Shown: positions 55,301-64,000 of the stretch, one piece after another
Layout of the letters: every line of letters begins with the position of its first letter
Position numbering within the stretch: position 1 is the stretch's first letter
Source of the DNA: Sminthopsis crassicaudata
Lineage: Eukaryota
Assembly: GCF_048593235.1 (NCBI RefSeq)
Contig: NC_133619.1
Span: 517,603,644 to 517,667,643 of the forward strand
Direction of reading: 5' to 3'
Length of the DNA stretch: 64,000 nucleotides
The notes under the pieces: model-generated
Seen by the model: only the letters and a program-made list of their open reading frames with translations
Told to the model about the DNA's origin: nothing
Databases searched by the model: none
Position numbers and translations under genes: made by a program

Positions 55301-57627
55301 CCTGGAAGGATACCACGGCCTCCTTCTGTCGGACCACAAACAGCACGGGGGCCTTGTTCTGCTTGTTCAGGACGTTCACAGACACCCGCACGCCCTCGGT
55401 CTGGGGGACAGGCGTTTAGTCAGCCCAACTCTCCCGCCTCGTTTTCCTAACATGACCCCCTCCCGGCCAACATGGCTATTCTTCTCCAGTGCCGGGAGGG
55501 GGCAGGACTCAGGGGTCAAGGCCCAGGGTCCGTGCTCCCTGCCTACACCCGAGCCAGCAAGTCAGCGGGGGCTTCCGCCGGGGCTGTCCTCACTGATGCA
55601 GCGGCAGCTTCGGGAGAGACGCCGCGGACTCAGTCGGGAGCCCTCACTACCTCCATGAGCCTGAATAAGTCACTCAATTTCATCCCTTGGTCTTCCGTGT
55701 CACCGGGCTGGCCGCACCGCACAGGCCCGTGGGTAAGCGTGCAGTGAGACAGAGGCCACCAGGCGCTCCGTGACTGACTGAAGCGCTGCACAAAGGCCAG
55801 ATGTCATCCGGCGGGAGACCGGGCCCTCGGCCTCGGAGGGCGAACGAGAGTGCCGCGGAACCACGAGGGCCCGTCCTGGGTGAGGGAGTCTCCTCCCTGG
55901 AAACCAAAGTGCCAGAAGGGCGGCTCCTATCTAACAACGAGCCGCGGAGGATACCCCATTTCTGACCCCAACTCCGCCGGCTTTAGACCAGGTGAGTCTA
56001 ACCCGGAAGTTTAAGCCTCGGTTTATCCATCTGTGAAATGGGCAGACCGTCTCTCAGTGATACAGAGGAAGAAAGCTCATGGGCTTTATGAAGGAGAGAA
56101 TGGTGATAACTATCAGGGGTTACTAGAGATAAGGACCCCCTCTCCCCCCCCCAGGAAGAATCTACATGTCCCAGGGGGTAGGATCCAGAGCCCCGCCCCC
56201 AGACCCAAAGCGAGCTCCAGGTTGGAAGAGAAATAAGGCCCCAGTCTGAATAGAGAAAAGCTACAAAAGGTCAGAGTTCAAAGAACAATCTTCCAGCAAC
56301 GAGAGCCAGCCAGCAGCAGAGACTAAGCTGTTCCTTTTCCCACCAGAAAAACAAAAAGGTAACAGGTGTCTCCAAAGTTCTCAATGGGGGGGGGGGCTAC
56401 TTTACACTGTGGAAGGTTGTTCAGGACTCCTCCTCCGTGGCTTTTACTTATGTAGTGTAACAATTAACACTGGCACACCAGAAAATTAAAGGACCCCTAT
56501 CATTGCGGAACGTTTCGGCCTCGCAGACCCTTCGGAGACTTGGAGACCGCACCTGGAGACCGAGTAGTCTCTCACGGCTCAGACACCGAAGGGCTCTCGG
56601 GGAAAGCCCGCTCTGGATGACCTCTGGCCCCGAGGCCGCAAAGTTCCCAAGTGGCTCGGGCCCACACCCGGACGTCTCTCAGACCCCACCAGGGCAGACC
56701 TTATCAGGCCCTCCTCAGGAACGCCTTAAAATCACGCAACAAGGTAGCTCTGAGGGTGCGGGTGAGTGGGGGGGGAGCAGGGCTTCCGGCCCAGACCCCT
56801 TCTCCTCTGATGGAGCCCCCCCCTTCCCCGCAGAGCCGGGGAGCTCTCGGGAGAGCCGCCCGGCGGCCCGGCCTGCGCCAGCGGGGAGGTGGGAAGTAAC
56901 TTTTCTAATCTCGCACCGTCGGTGACCTTTCAGCCCCGGGCCCGGCGCAGCCCCTCGGGCGGCTCCGCACAGGGCGGGGTGGGGCCCCGAGCCCGGGCCA
57001 GCGGGAGGGGGGGGGGGGGCCGGACGCCAGAACGTGGGCAACAGCTGGGAGCAGCAGGTCCAGGCCCACCCAAGCCCCGCGTGGGGCCCCGGAAGGAAGG
57101 AAGACCGCGAGAAGGGAAAAGAGAAGGAAGAAACTTCGGGACTCCCCGCACTCCAGCTCCGGAAAAGAAACAAATAAAGCCGAAAACAAAACCAGACAGA
57201 GCGGGGGAGGAGAGGGGGAAAAGGGAGGGGGGGAGGGGAAGGGATTAAGCAAGAAGTCCCTGGGGCCCGGAGCTCCGGCCCGAGGAGTCGGGCCGACGGC
57301 AGCGGCCCGAAGGGGGGCGGAGGGAGCAAGGCTGGGGGGCGGCCCAGCAGCTGCATCGCCTGCACACGGGGGTACGCGCCCCACACCAACGACCCCCCAA
57401 ACCGCGCGCGGGCCAGAGCGCGCTCACGGCGCCCGAGCGCTCACCCGGTTTCGGGTCACGGTGTGGTTGAACGTGTAGATGTTGACCAGCTCGCTGTTGA
57501 CCTCATCCTCGTAGACTCGCTCAAACTCGGCCTCCTTCTGGGACACGTTCTTGGGTCCCGGGGCCCCCGGGGCGCCCTCGGCCGCGGCCAGCAGGAGCAG
57601 CAGGAAGGGCAAACCCACGGCGAACAT
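40297..57627 (-). CDS. SIDT2: SID1 transmembrane family member 2, complete; 26 core exons = 2487 nt / 828 aa, 853 aa with both optional exons
   Basis: All exons GT-AG and phase-consistent; [12 protein letters not shown]... to ...[11 protein letters not shown]; YGSF/YDTL tyrosine motifs and YHVCP / DHDIWH Zn ligands present. Confidence 0.97.
40566..40679 (-). CDS. SIDT2: SIDT2 exon 25 ([13 protein letters not shown]...DDHDIWHF...GSFL)
   Basis: cccag| and |gtaatt. Confidence 0.95.
41370..42780 (-). mobile_element. L2 LINE fragment(s) in SIDT2 intron 24 (another L2 3' end at ~43195-43600)
   Basis: L2 3' tail (tgaataaataggtatttattaaattcctattatgtggcaggcattgtgctagg) followed by purine-rich antisense ORF2 remnants. 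Confidence 0.65.
43893..43956. repeat. Perfect 26-bp inverted repeat with a 12-nt loop
   Basis: tgtttactcttgtctttgattagcct (43893-43918) / aggctaatcaaagacaagagtaaaca (43931-43956). Confidence 0.95.
44015..44125 (-). CDS. SIDT2: SIDT2 exon 24 (LRSGERIKL...GLSTWQ)
   Basis: ttcag| and |gtgagt. Confidence 0.95.
45026..45131 (-). CDS. SIDT2: SIDT2 exon 23 ([12 protein letters not shown]...FYIIMK)
   Basis: tgcag| and |gtaagt. Confidence 0.95.
45486..45532 (-). CDS. SIDT2: SIDT2 exon 22 ([15 protein letters not shown])
   Basis: tctag| and |gtgagt. Confidence 0.95.
46012..46088 (-). CDS. SIDT2: SIDT2 exon 21 ([25 protein letters not shown])
   Basis: tgcag| and |gtatgt. Confidence 0.95.
46495..47050. 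mobile_element. RTE-associated marsupial SINE (WALLSI-type), second copy
   Basis: Collinear similarity to 36830-37272. Confidence 0.65.
47291..47399 (-). CDS. SIDT2: SIDT2 exon 20 ([10 protein letters not shown]...GRWKL)
   Basis: aatag| and |gtaaga. Confidence 0.95.
47779..47915 (-). CDS. SIDT2: SIDT2 exon 19 ([10 protein letters not shown]...FSVLGV)
   Basis: tacag| and |gtgagt. Confidence 0.95.
48428..48545 (-). CDS. SIDT2: SIDT2 exon 18 (ECGIPKHFG...[12 protein letters not shown])
   Basis: aatag| and |gtaaaa. Confidence 0.95.
48999..49122 (-). CDS. SIDT2: SIDT2 exon 17 ([11 protein letters not shown]...NDLYAL)
   Basis: cccag| and |gtaaga. Confidence 0.95.
49237..49310 (-). CDS. SIDT2: SIDT2 exon 16 ([24 protein letters not shown])
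   Basis: tgcag| and |gtaggg. Confidence 0.95.
49531..49597 (-). CDS. SIDT2: SIDT2 exon 15 ([22 protein letters not shown])
   Basis: cacag| and |gtaaga. Confidence 0.95.
49706..49779 (-). CDS. SIDT2: SIDT2 exon 14 ([24 protein letters not shown])
   Basis: cacag| and |gtgagc. Confidence 0.95.
50055..50161 (-). CDS. SIDT2: SIDT2 exon 13 ([22 protein letters not shown]...IRTK)
   Basis: cctag| and |gtccgg. Confidence 0.93.
51067..51129 (-). CDS. SIDT2: SIDT2 optional 63-nt cassette exon ([21 protein letters not shown])
   Basis: cctttgaag|GACAT...CATGG|gtagat; phase 1-1; matches my recollection of the longer eutherian SIDT2 isoform. Confidence 0.85.
51345..51416 (-). CDS. SIDT2: SIDT2 exon 12 ([23 protein letters not shown])
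   Basis: cacag| and |gtgagt. Confidence 0.93.
51606..51794. mobile_element. Old hAT/Charlie-type MITE, same family as 15094-15261
   Basis: Shared cttaacctttt...aaaataatgtt...attgaaat...gattaagaactc. Confidence 0.6.
51882..51953 (-). CDS. SIDT2: SIDT2 exon 11 ([23 protein letters not shown])
   Basis: tgcag| and |gtaggt. Confidence 0.95.
52353..52364 (-). CDS. SIDT2: SIDT2 optional 12-nt microexon (adds ASLL)
   Basis: cttctcttccag|CCTCTTTGCTTG|gtaagc; phase 1-1, frame-preserving; long AG-free pyrimidine tract upstream. Confidence 0.8.
52710..52762 (-). CDS. SIDT2: SIDT2 exon 10 ([17 protein letters not shown])
   Basis: cacag| and |gtacct. Confidence 0.93.
53183..53276 (-). CDS. SIDT2: SIDT2 exon 9 (TM1: [12 protein letters not shown]...CWENW)
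   Basis: cccag| and |gtgagc. Confidence 0.95.
53501..53566 (-). CDS. SIDT2: SIDT2 exon 8 ([21 protein letters not shown])
   Basis: tccag| and |gtgagt. Confidence 0.95.
53738..53837 (-). CDS. SIDT2: SIDT2 exon 7 ([10 protein letters not shown]...YYPYGE)
   Basis: cgtag| and |gtaggg. Confidence 0.95.
54078..54161 (-). CDS. SIDT2: SIDT2 exon 6 (CPVYDLDNN...AITVQ)
   Basis: cgtag| and |gtaggc. Confidence 0.95.
54270..54371 (-). CDS. SIDT2: SIDT2 exon 5 (YFKYEFPEG...IQDIL)
   Basis: tttag| and |gtaagt. Confidence 0.95.
54612..54657 (-). CDS. SIDT2: SIDT2 exon 4 ([15 protein letters not shown])
   Basis: cacag| and |gtaaac. Confidence 0.95.
54750..54914 (-). CDS. SIDT2: SIDT2 exon 3 (YQRKYRYQ...DNFVL)
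   Basis: cacag| and |gtttga. Confidence 0.95.
55279..55400 (-). CDS. SIDT2: SIDT2 exon 2 ([11 protein letters not shown]...LILRG)
   Basis: cccag| and |gtgagt. Confidence 0.95.
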
Positions 57628-58250
57628 GGCCCCGGCTGGGCGGCGGCGGCGGCAGCGGCGGCGGCGGGGAGCGCAGCACCTCGGAGGGGCGATGAGCTTC
57701 TGGCTGCAGCCTCCAGCATCTCACCGGGACCAGAACTTTAACCCCGGCCTGAGATTAGAAGATGCCCCCTCCCTGAAGAAGCGGAGACGCTCCCAGGGGC
57801 CCCCGGCGGGGACAGAAGGGGAGGGGGGCAGAACTCCGGGGAAGGGGCACCGGCCTGGGCTCAGCACTCGGGAGGGGCTCCCCGACCCCACCGCGCTCCG
57901 CACACCCGGCGGAACGAGAGCAGAGCCGGCAGCGAGGAGCCGGGCCGGGGAGGGGGAGGAGACAAGCACCGCCGCTGGCGGAGAGCCCGAAGGCACTCGA
58001 GGAGGGGGTGGGGCCGGGGGCGAGGGCGAGAAAAGGTAGAAGGGGGTGGGCGGTTTCCTTGGGGGTGCGGCCCCTTTAAGGCCGGGAGGACGCGGCAGTC
58101 TCCAGCATTCAGAACTCCAGAAAGTAACCAGCTCGGCCCGGGCTGTAAACACCAGTGCGGCCGGCAGGCTGACGTCAGGGGAAACTGACACAGATTTAAA
58201 GGGACAGGAACCTGGCAGAGCCTTAAAGGGACCGCCGCCAACTAGTCTTG
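56450..58250 (-). promoter_or_regulatory. SIDT2: SIDT2 CpG-island promoter / exon 1 region
   Basis: Dense CpG; full CRE TGACGTCA 58170-58177; forkhead TGTAAACA 58144-58151; GC boxes; (GCG)n run in the 5'UTR near the ATG. Confidence 0.8.
57445..57627 (-). CDS. SIDT2: SIDT2 exon 1 coding part
   Basis: ATG 57627; donor CGG|gtgagc. Confidence 0.96.
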
Positions 58251-60589
58251 AGGATGAAAATGTGATGCTTCCCCTTTCCCATTTCTGCACTCGTGCTTCT
58301 GCTCTCTTCAAGCCCCCTGACCCACTCCGAATGGATTAAAATAGGCAGATAATTTGAAGAAGACTCGCCAAGCATCCCGTTAATGAACTCTGTCCTACCT
58401 GAAATGGACACACTTTCCCTTTCCACTTTTCCCCTGGCTACGTTCCAAATGGGGGGTGGGTGTGGGTAATAAGGCTCAATTGAATGACCTCTGCAGGAGG
58501 GAAGAGGAAGAGAAACTCAAAGTAAGGGGCAGATGAGGGGCAGGGAGTGAGGCAGTGCGTCATCTCTCAGCTAGGCCCCCTCTCTCCCAAGTAACCTGCT
58601 GCAGATTGGTGACAGCCTCTATTCACAAACATTTGTTAGATTTGCTAAGGCTAAAATGCCAAGATAAACAATGCAGAGTTCCAGCTCCTAAGGAGCTTAC
58701 AGTTTTGCCCTTTACACGTCCTCCTTCTAAAGGAGAAAACACTTAACCATTTTTGGGGGGAAAAGCCCTGAAACATCCCATAAAGAGAGCACCCCCAGGC
58801 CCCTTTTGTGTGGACTGCATTGGCAGTTAGGGTCTTTTGAATCTCCAAAATTTCCAGATTTCAGACAGGCCCCATTTCTTCTCCCAGTTTGATTCTTCCA
58901 GAGGAAAAATCTGAAACTGTGGAAGGCATTTCCTCTATTTTCACACACACATACACAATCTAACTACATAACAGCTAAAAGCTGGGATTTGAATTTATGA
59001 CTGAATTGTGGATAAAGTCTGCTCCAAATCTTTTAGGTAGGAAATAAACTGTCATCTGTAGCTTGCAGGAAAAAACATATAAACACAATACAGTGTGTTT
59101 CCAAATACTTTGCAAACTAGGGAGTGCAACTATTGTCCTCATAACACAGGTTCAGCACCAGACTTAAACTGGTTTCTTGATTCCCAATTCAGTTCTTTTC
59201 TTGATTTCTCAAGAAGTAGCATTTTTTTAATTGTGTTTTGTTAGAGATTAGATCATGTAAATTTATAGCTAAAAAAGGTCATGGAATTTAATAATAGCAT
59301 TTACATTAGAACTTTAAGTTTGCACACTAATTTGATCCTCACAACAACGCTGTGAGTTGGGTGTTATTTTTTACATTTTATAGTATGAGGAAACAGACTG
59401 AGAGAAATTAAGCCCAGAATCTCATTGCTAAGAAGTATCTGGGATGTCATTTTAGAGCAGGAAGGTACTCCTCTGGGATCATCTAGTCCCAAGCCCAAGA
59501 CATTTTTCCTACAAGGAAACTAAAAAAGGCCACAGAGGTAATAAGTAGAGCTAATATTTAAACTCAGTTTCTGAATTTAAAACCAAGGTTTTATTTCCAA
59601 CCCCTTCCTTTCCCTCCTTTTTACATTAAAAAAAAAGAAAAAAAAAAAAAAGCCTAGAGAGATAAAGTGACTTCCTGTAGACAAAATAGCTAGAGTGTGG
59701 GAGAGCTGGGGAGCTGGGTCTCTAAACAGAGCCCTTGTATTTTGTGATTTACTACAGTGGTGTCTTCTGGAAGAATTAGGAGAAAGACCTATACTCATAC
59801 ACACAAATATTTTCATAGGATCACAAGTCATCTTCTGCCATATTTCCCAATATTGTTATTTTAAGATCTTAGAAACTTGGGCATGAATACTCTGATGGTT
59901 TAGGCCAAAAGACAGCTTCCTTAGACAGGGAGTCCTGTTGTTTTCCTATAACTTCCTTTGGCAGCTGCTATTCCTACTCTGAAAAGCTTCCTCCCTGTTC
60001 TATAAAAGGGAATGACAGGCCCTTGTTCTGAATTAGAGCTTTCTAGGGTCAGGCTCCTAGAAATGATAGAAAAGATCCCTTTGTGGCAGCTTTCAACCTT
60101 GAGAGTGAAAGGATAGAGCCAGGGGGCTGGATGTTGTGGTGGAAGAGCAAGATTCTGAAATTAAGGAGATATGAACCCGAGAAGGACAGAAGGGGAAGTG
60201 GCGGGCTGGCTAATCCTAGTAAAAAGCTCTCATTTAGTCTGTGCTGGGGGAGAAGCCAGTTAAGTCACAACATTTTGTCAGTTCCTCCATAAAGTATCTC
60301 TAGGTGATTTCTTTCTTGTGGGGTCAGTTATCTCAATCTTAAACTTAAAGTTATCTCAAACTTAAGACTTTTCTCATCTCCATCTGAAAAAAAAAAGTTG
60401 CAAAGACACAAAATGTGTGAGATGATTCTCTGCCCTTCAGGAATGTCTTTCTTTTTCTAGGCGAAGAATGTCCCCTGAAGAAGGGCTGCTAGGGTCAGGC
60501 CAGGAATTTTCCTTCTGCCCCCAAAGCAACCACTTCTATTTCTGCACCAGGCAATTTTCTCCTCCTGCTGCCAGTCCGGTTTTGCAAAT

Positions 60590-61285
60590 GAAATGTGGAG
60601 AACCTCAGGTGCCTATCCTTTGAAGAAGAATGGCACCCTCCACTCGATGAGGATCTCATACTTGATCATATCCTTCACATCCCAGTGATTCTGAACTCCT
60701 GTAGATCATCATCCAAACCCCATTTCACATCCCTTACCAACCAATTCCTTGTCCTTATCTCCCTCACTCCAATTATTTCAACCTAATTCTACCCAGCCCT
60801 TCCACTGTGCTCTCTGGGATGCCTGTTCAATGGGCAACAGACTTCCCTTCATCTTCTCTTGTCCTTCTCCCTGTCTTGTTCAACTTTTTCTTGTCCCACT
60901 ATTCCCATCTACTAGCTCTTCCTAAAACCTGGCTTCCACTGATAACACAGCTTTTACTAGTGGCTGCCCCTTTACTTATTTTCTTCAATTTGTTCCATGT
61001 AGGTGGAGAAATTTGAATGGTCTCTCCTCTCCACGACCACTTTCAATTTTTCCTAGTCTTTTCATCACTCAGTAACCACTCTTTCTTTGAGGTTCATGCT
61101 ATTCACATCCACCACCCAATCAAAATCCAGGTTGCTGTTGTTCATAGACCCATGACCCCTAGTCATTTCCCTTTCTTCCTCAGTAAGTTTGATACCTGGC
61201 TCACAATTTTTCTCTTCTTCCCAACTCGTGCTCTTATACTAGGGGATTTTAACATACATATTCTCTCTTAAATACTCTTAACCAC
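60590..61285 (+). mobile_element. L2 LINE 5' ORF2 fragment with endonuclease remnant
   Basis: ORF 61017-61271 contains VAVVHRP...LILGDFNIH (APE-type endonuclease motifs). Confidence 0.7.
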
Positions 61286-61286
61286 T

Positions 61287-61425
61287 CATATATTGGATCA
61301 TTACCGTATAGGGGAGGGGGGGAGGGAAGAGGGAGAAAAAAAAAATTGGAACACAAGGTTTTGCAAGGGTGAATGTTGAAAACTATTTATACATGTTTTG
61401 AAAATAAAAAGCTTTAATAAGAAAA
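61287..61425 (+). mobile_element. Marsupial L1 3' end
   Basis: gggagggaagagggagaaaaa...ggaacacaaggttttgcaagggtgaatgttgaaaact...aataaaaagct. Confidence 0.8.
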
Positions 61426-64000
61426 TAGCTGCTAGTCATGCCCTTCACCCCCCCCCCCCACCCCTTCAATTCCATTAAGAAACACCTTAAATTAGTTCAA
61501 AGACAAGATTAAAGATAGCTTTACTTTTCACCATCAGGCATACTTCCTTTTTCCAAGGTCATGCAGAATGTACCAAATGCCCTGCACTAACTAAATCATA
61601 TGAAACCCAGATTTATCCCCCTCCCCCCCCCTCTGCTTTTGTAAATTGGGTAATCTATTATATCAGAGCCAGCCACTTTCAATTGGGACTTGTTTTAAAC
61701 ACCAGTTTGGAACTTGGTCACAAATTTGTTTCATGGGCTTTTGAAATTGTTTCCCATGTTCTTATGGCCATCCCTACCTCATTTTCAATTCGAGCCAAAG
61801 GGGTTGATCAATGATGTAGTAAACCAAAATGTTGATTTGGAGAAGAAAAGGAAACCATAAGCGATTATTCAAATGCCCCAAGTCAGTGTTTTTCTGTGTG
61901 TGTGTGTTTTTTTCTATTTTGTTGTGGTGGTTTCTTGTGGTAACTGGTTACAAGCCCATGTAAGTATGTAAGTATGCCCCTCACCTCACCCCATATTCCG
62001 ACTCTTCTCTCTAGGGAACTGGAGAGCTTGTATTTCATATGTTGATCTTAGGGGCATCCAGGGCTCAGGAAAGAAAAGCAAAGAAAACTAGCATTTACCA
62101 AGTAATTGGTGCTAAGTACCAATAGGATTCAGACAAAAGCCTCACTTCCTAAAATCAGGCCTTTTGCCACTTTAATTGGGAAATGTAGATGGGGCACTCA
62201 GGCCTGCTATTCATTTAGCTGGGTCAATGTGATAGTATTAGCCCAAGAGCTTTCCAGGAAAAGTTGTTGGTCATCAAGTTGCTGGAAACAAGTAGATGAA
62301 TAATTGATTGGCACAAATCTCTGCTTCTTAAATATCACTGATAAAAAGGGGCCAGCTATCCTCCGGTTTCAAGAAATCTTGGGCCTCTAGCTAGGAAGGT
62401 TACCAGAATAAGGTTTTGAGAGCAGAAGATGGATCCTATAGGTGTGAAGAACCATTTGTTTGGCTCTGGTTGTTATATCTAAACATGGCATGCTGTTATC
62501 CGACCTCTAATGGTCTATCAGGTCTCCTGTTACATCCTGGCTCAGATGTCTTCCACCCAGTAAGCCTGCCTGGCTGAAACTGAGTGGTGCATTTTCTGCC
62601 TCCATCTTCATAAAGGTTATTGTCTCTCTCTGAATACCCTCCCCCCCCCCCCCCCACTTCTAAATCCATCCACAGAACCTTCTAAAGACTAACTGCACCT
62701 CTCTGGTTATTCTAATCTTTGACTTAACCTTCTAGAGTGGGATCTGTATACTACTATTAATGGAATTACTATGTAACTCCTTCACATGAGATACAGAACT
62801 GATTTACTGCCATTAATTATGTAGCTTTATGTCACTTTTTAATATTTTAAACTTTTGGCCAAAGGAGTCTTTTGTTTCTCGCATTTAACTTTCTAATCAA
62901 TAACATAGCTTGATCTGCTAATGGACAGGAAGAAGGCTTGCTTTGAGTATGGTCCTGAGAAGTCAGTTTCAAAATGAAACAAGTCAGCAGGTAAGATCAA
63001 GATCTTGATGGATAAAGAGGCAAATTGGAATGGGTACATCCTGTCACATGGCCTCTGCCTGCCACAGAGTATAGATGGCAGAGAAGTAAGCTGCAGGGAC
63101 TTGGATCTCCTAAAAATAGCAGCCAGGAGAAAGTCATAAGTAGACATACTCTCCTGGAAATGAAAATAATCTGGCTTTCACCCTGCTTTTGTAAAAATTG
63201 TAAACCAGGATCTCACATGTTAACATTTCAAACCAATTCTTCTCAAGAGGGGAACTTTCATCCTGCAGGAAGAAGGAACCTGGAATCCCTGAACTAAGCT
63301 TTCACTAACCTCTGTCCAGTTTAAAAGGCAATGTTATCTACTAAGGCATTCAATAAAAATGTTCTTTTTGCATATCCTGGTGGGCTTTGAGGGTTAATTA
63401 ATTTGGAGGGTAGGTTCCCTGATAATCTTCCTAAGTGTTTCATGTCATGTCAGGGACCAAAGTTGGGAACTTTTTTACTAGACTCATCTAAGCAGCATCA
63501 CATTTTAAGTATTGAAAGTATCAAAAGTCACCTCAGGTCTACCTTCTCCATTCTATTTCTACCAACTTGTCACAGGCTAAATGCTCAGCCTCAGCTATTA
63601 CACCAAGGACTCTTTACTGCTTAGTCTAATTGCCACACAATGGGACTTTCACCCCCTGCACCTCATCACTTACTAATATTGCTATTTAATGATCAAGAAT
63701 TCTGAAATATCTTTATCTGACCCTTACGTGATCTCACTTTACCTCTCATGTCTCATTTTTGGTCTTTACTGATTTCCTCTTACTTCTTGGTACTTTACCA
63801 TATTTGTCAACCTGCTTTCCCACCCCAATCTTGAATCAATACTTAGTTCAGTGTTAATCGATCAACTGCCAATACACTGTGCCCTTACACTAGAGCCCAC
63901 CTATGGCAACCTGAGCCTGGATTTACTTTCATCACCTCCTCATTTTCTGTATTTCACCAAGCAACATTGTCAGATTTGTTACTGGGCACTCACTGAAGCA

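Noticed and set aside
56503-58339. Long ORFs (up to 224 aa) over the SIDT2 promoter
   Set aside because: Pro/Gly/Arg/Ala-rich low-complexity products expected in a CpG island, where stop codons are rare
61756-61860. 34-aa ORF ending DLEKKRKP
   Set aside because: Short, weak context, no recognisable homology; consistent with chance

Overview
Eukaryotic (marsupial) genomic DNA, probably an Australian dasyurid, judged from a WSINE1-like SINE, marsupial L1 ends and an OC1-like hAT MITE. The window is the conserved RNF214-PCSK7-TAGLN-SIDT2 block (human 11q23.3 synteny). It holds the 5' end of RNF214 (-), head-to-head with a complete PCSK7 (+; 15 coding exons, 795 aa). PCSK7 converges tail-to-tail with a complete TAGLN/SM22-alpha (-; 201 aa, CArG promoter), followed by a complete SIDT2 (-; 26 core exons, 828 aa, plus a 12-nt microexon and a 63-nt cassette exon). 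All exon boundaries were read by hand and give GT-AG introns with consistent phases. Introns are dense in L1, L2, L3/CR1, CORE-SINEs, RTE-type SINEs, hAT MITEs and an LTR. Best leads: a SIDT2 microexon whose inclusion builds a canonical acidic dileucine sorting signal (ESASLL); two near-perfect intronic hairpins (50/51 bp, L2-derived, in PCSK7; 26 bp in SIDT2); a degenerate distal CArG box in the TAGLN promoter; a PCSK7 uORF with a TGATG stop-start overlap; and several PC7 motif substitutions. Comparisons with human sequences and repeat family names come from memory and need alignment to confirm.
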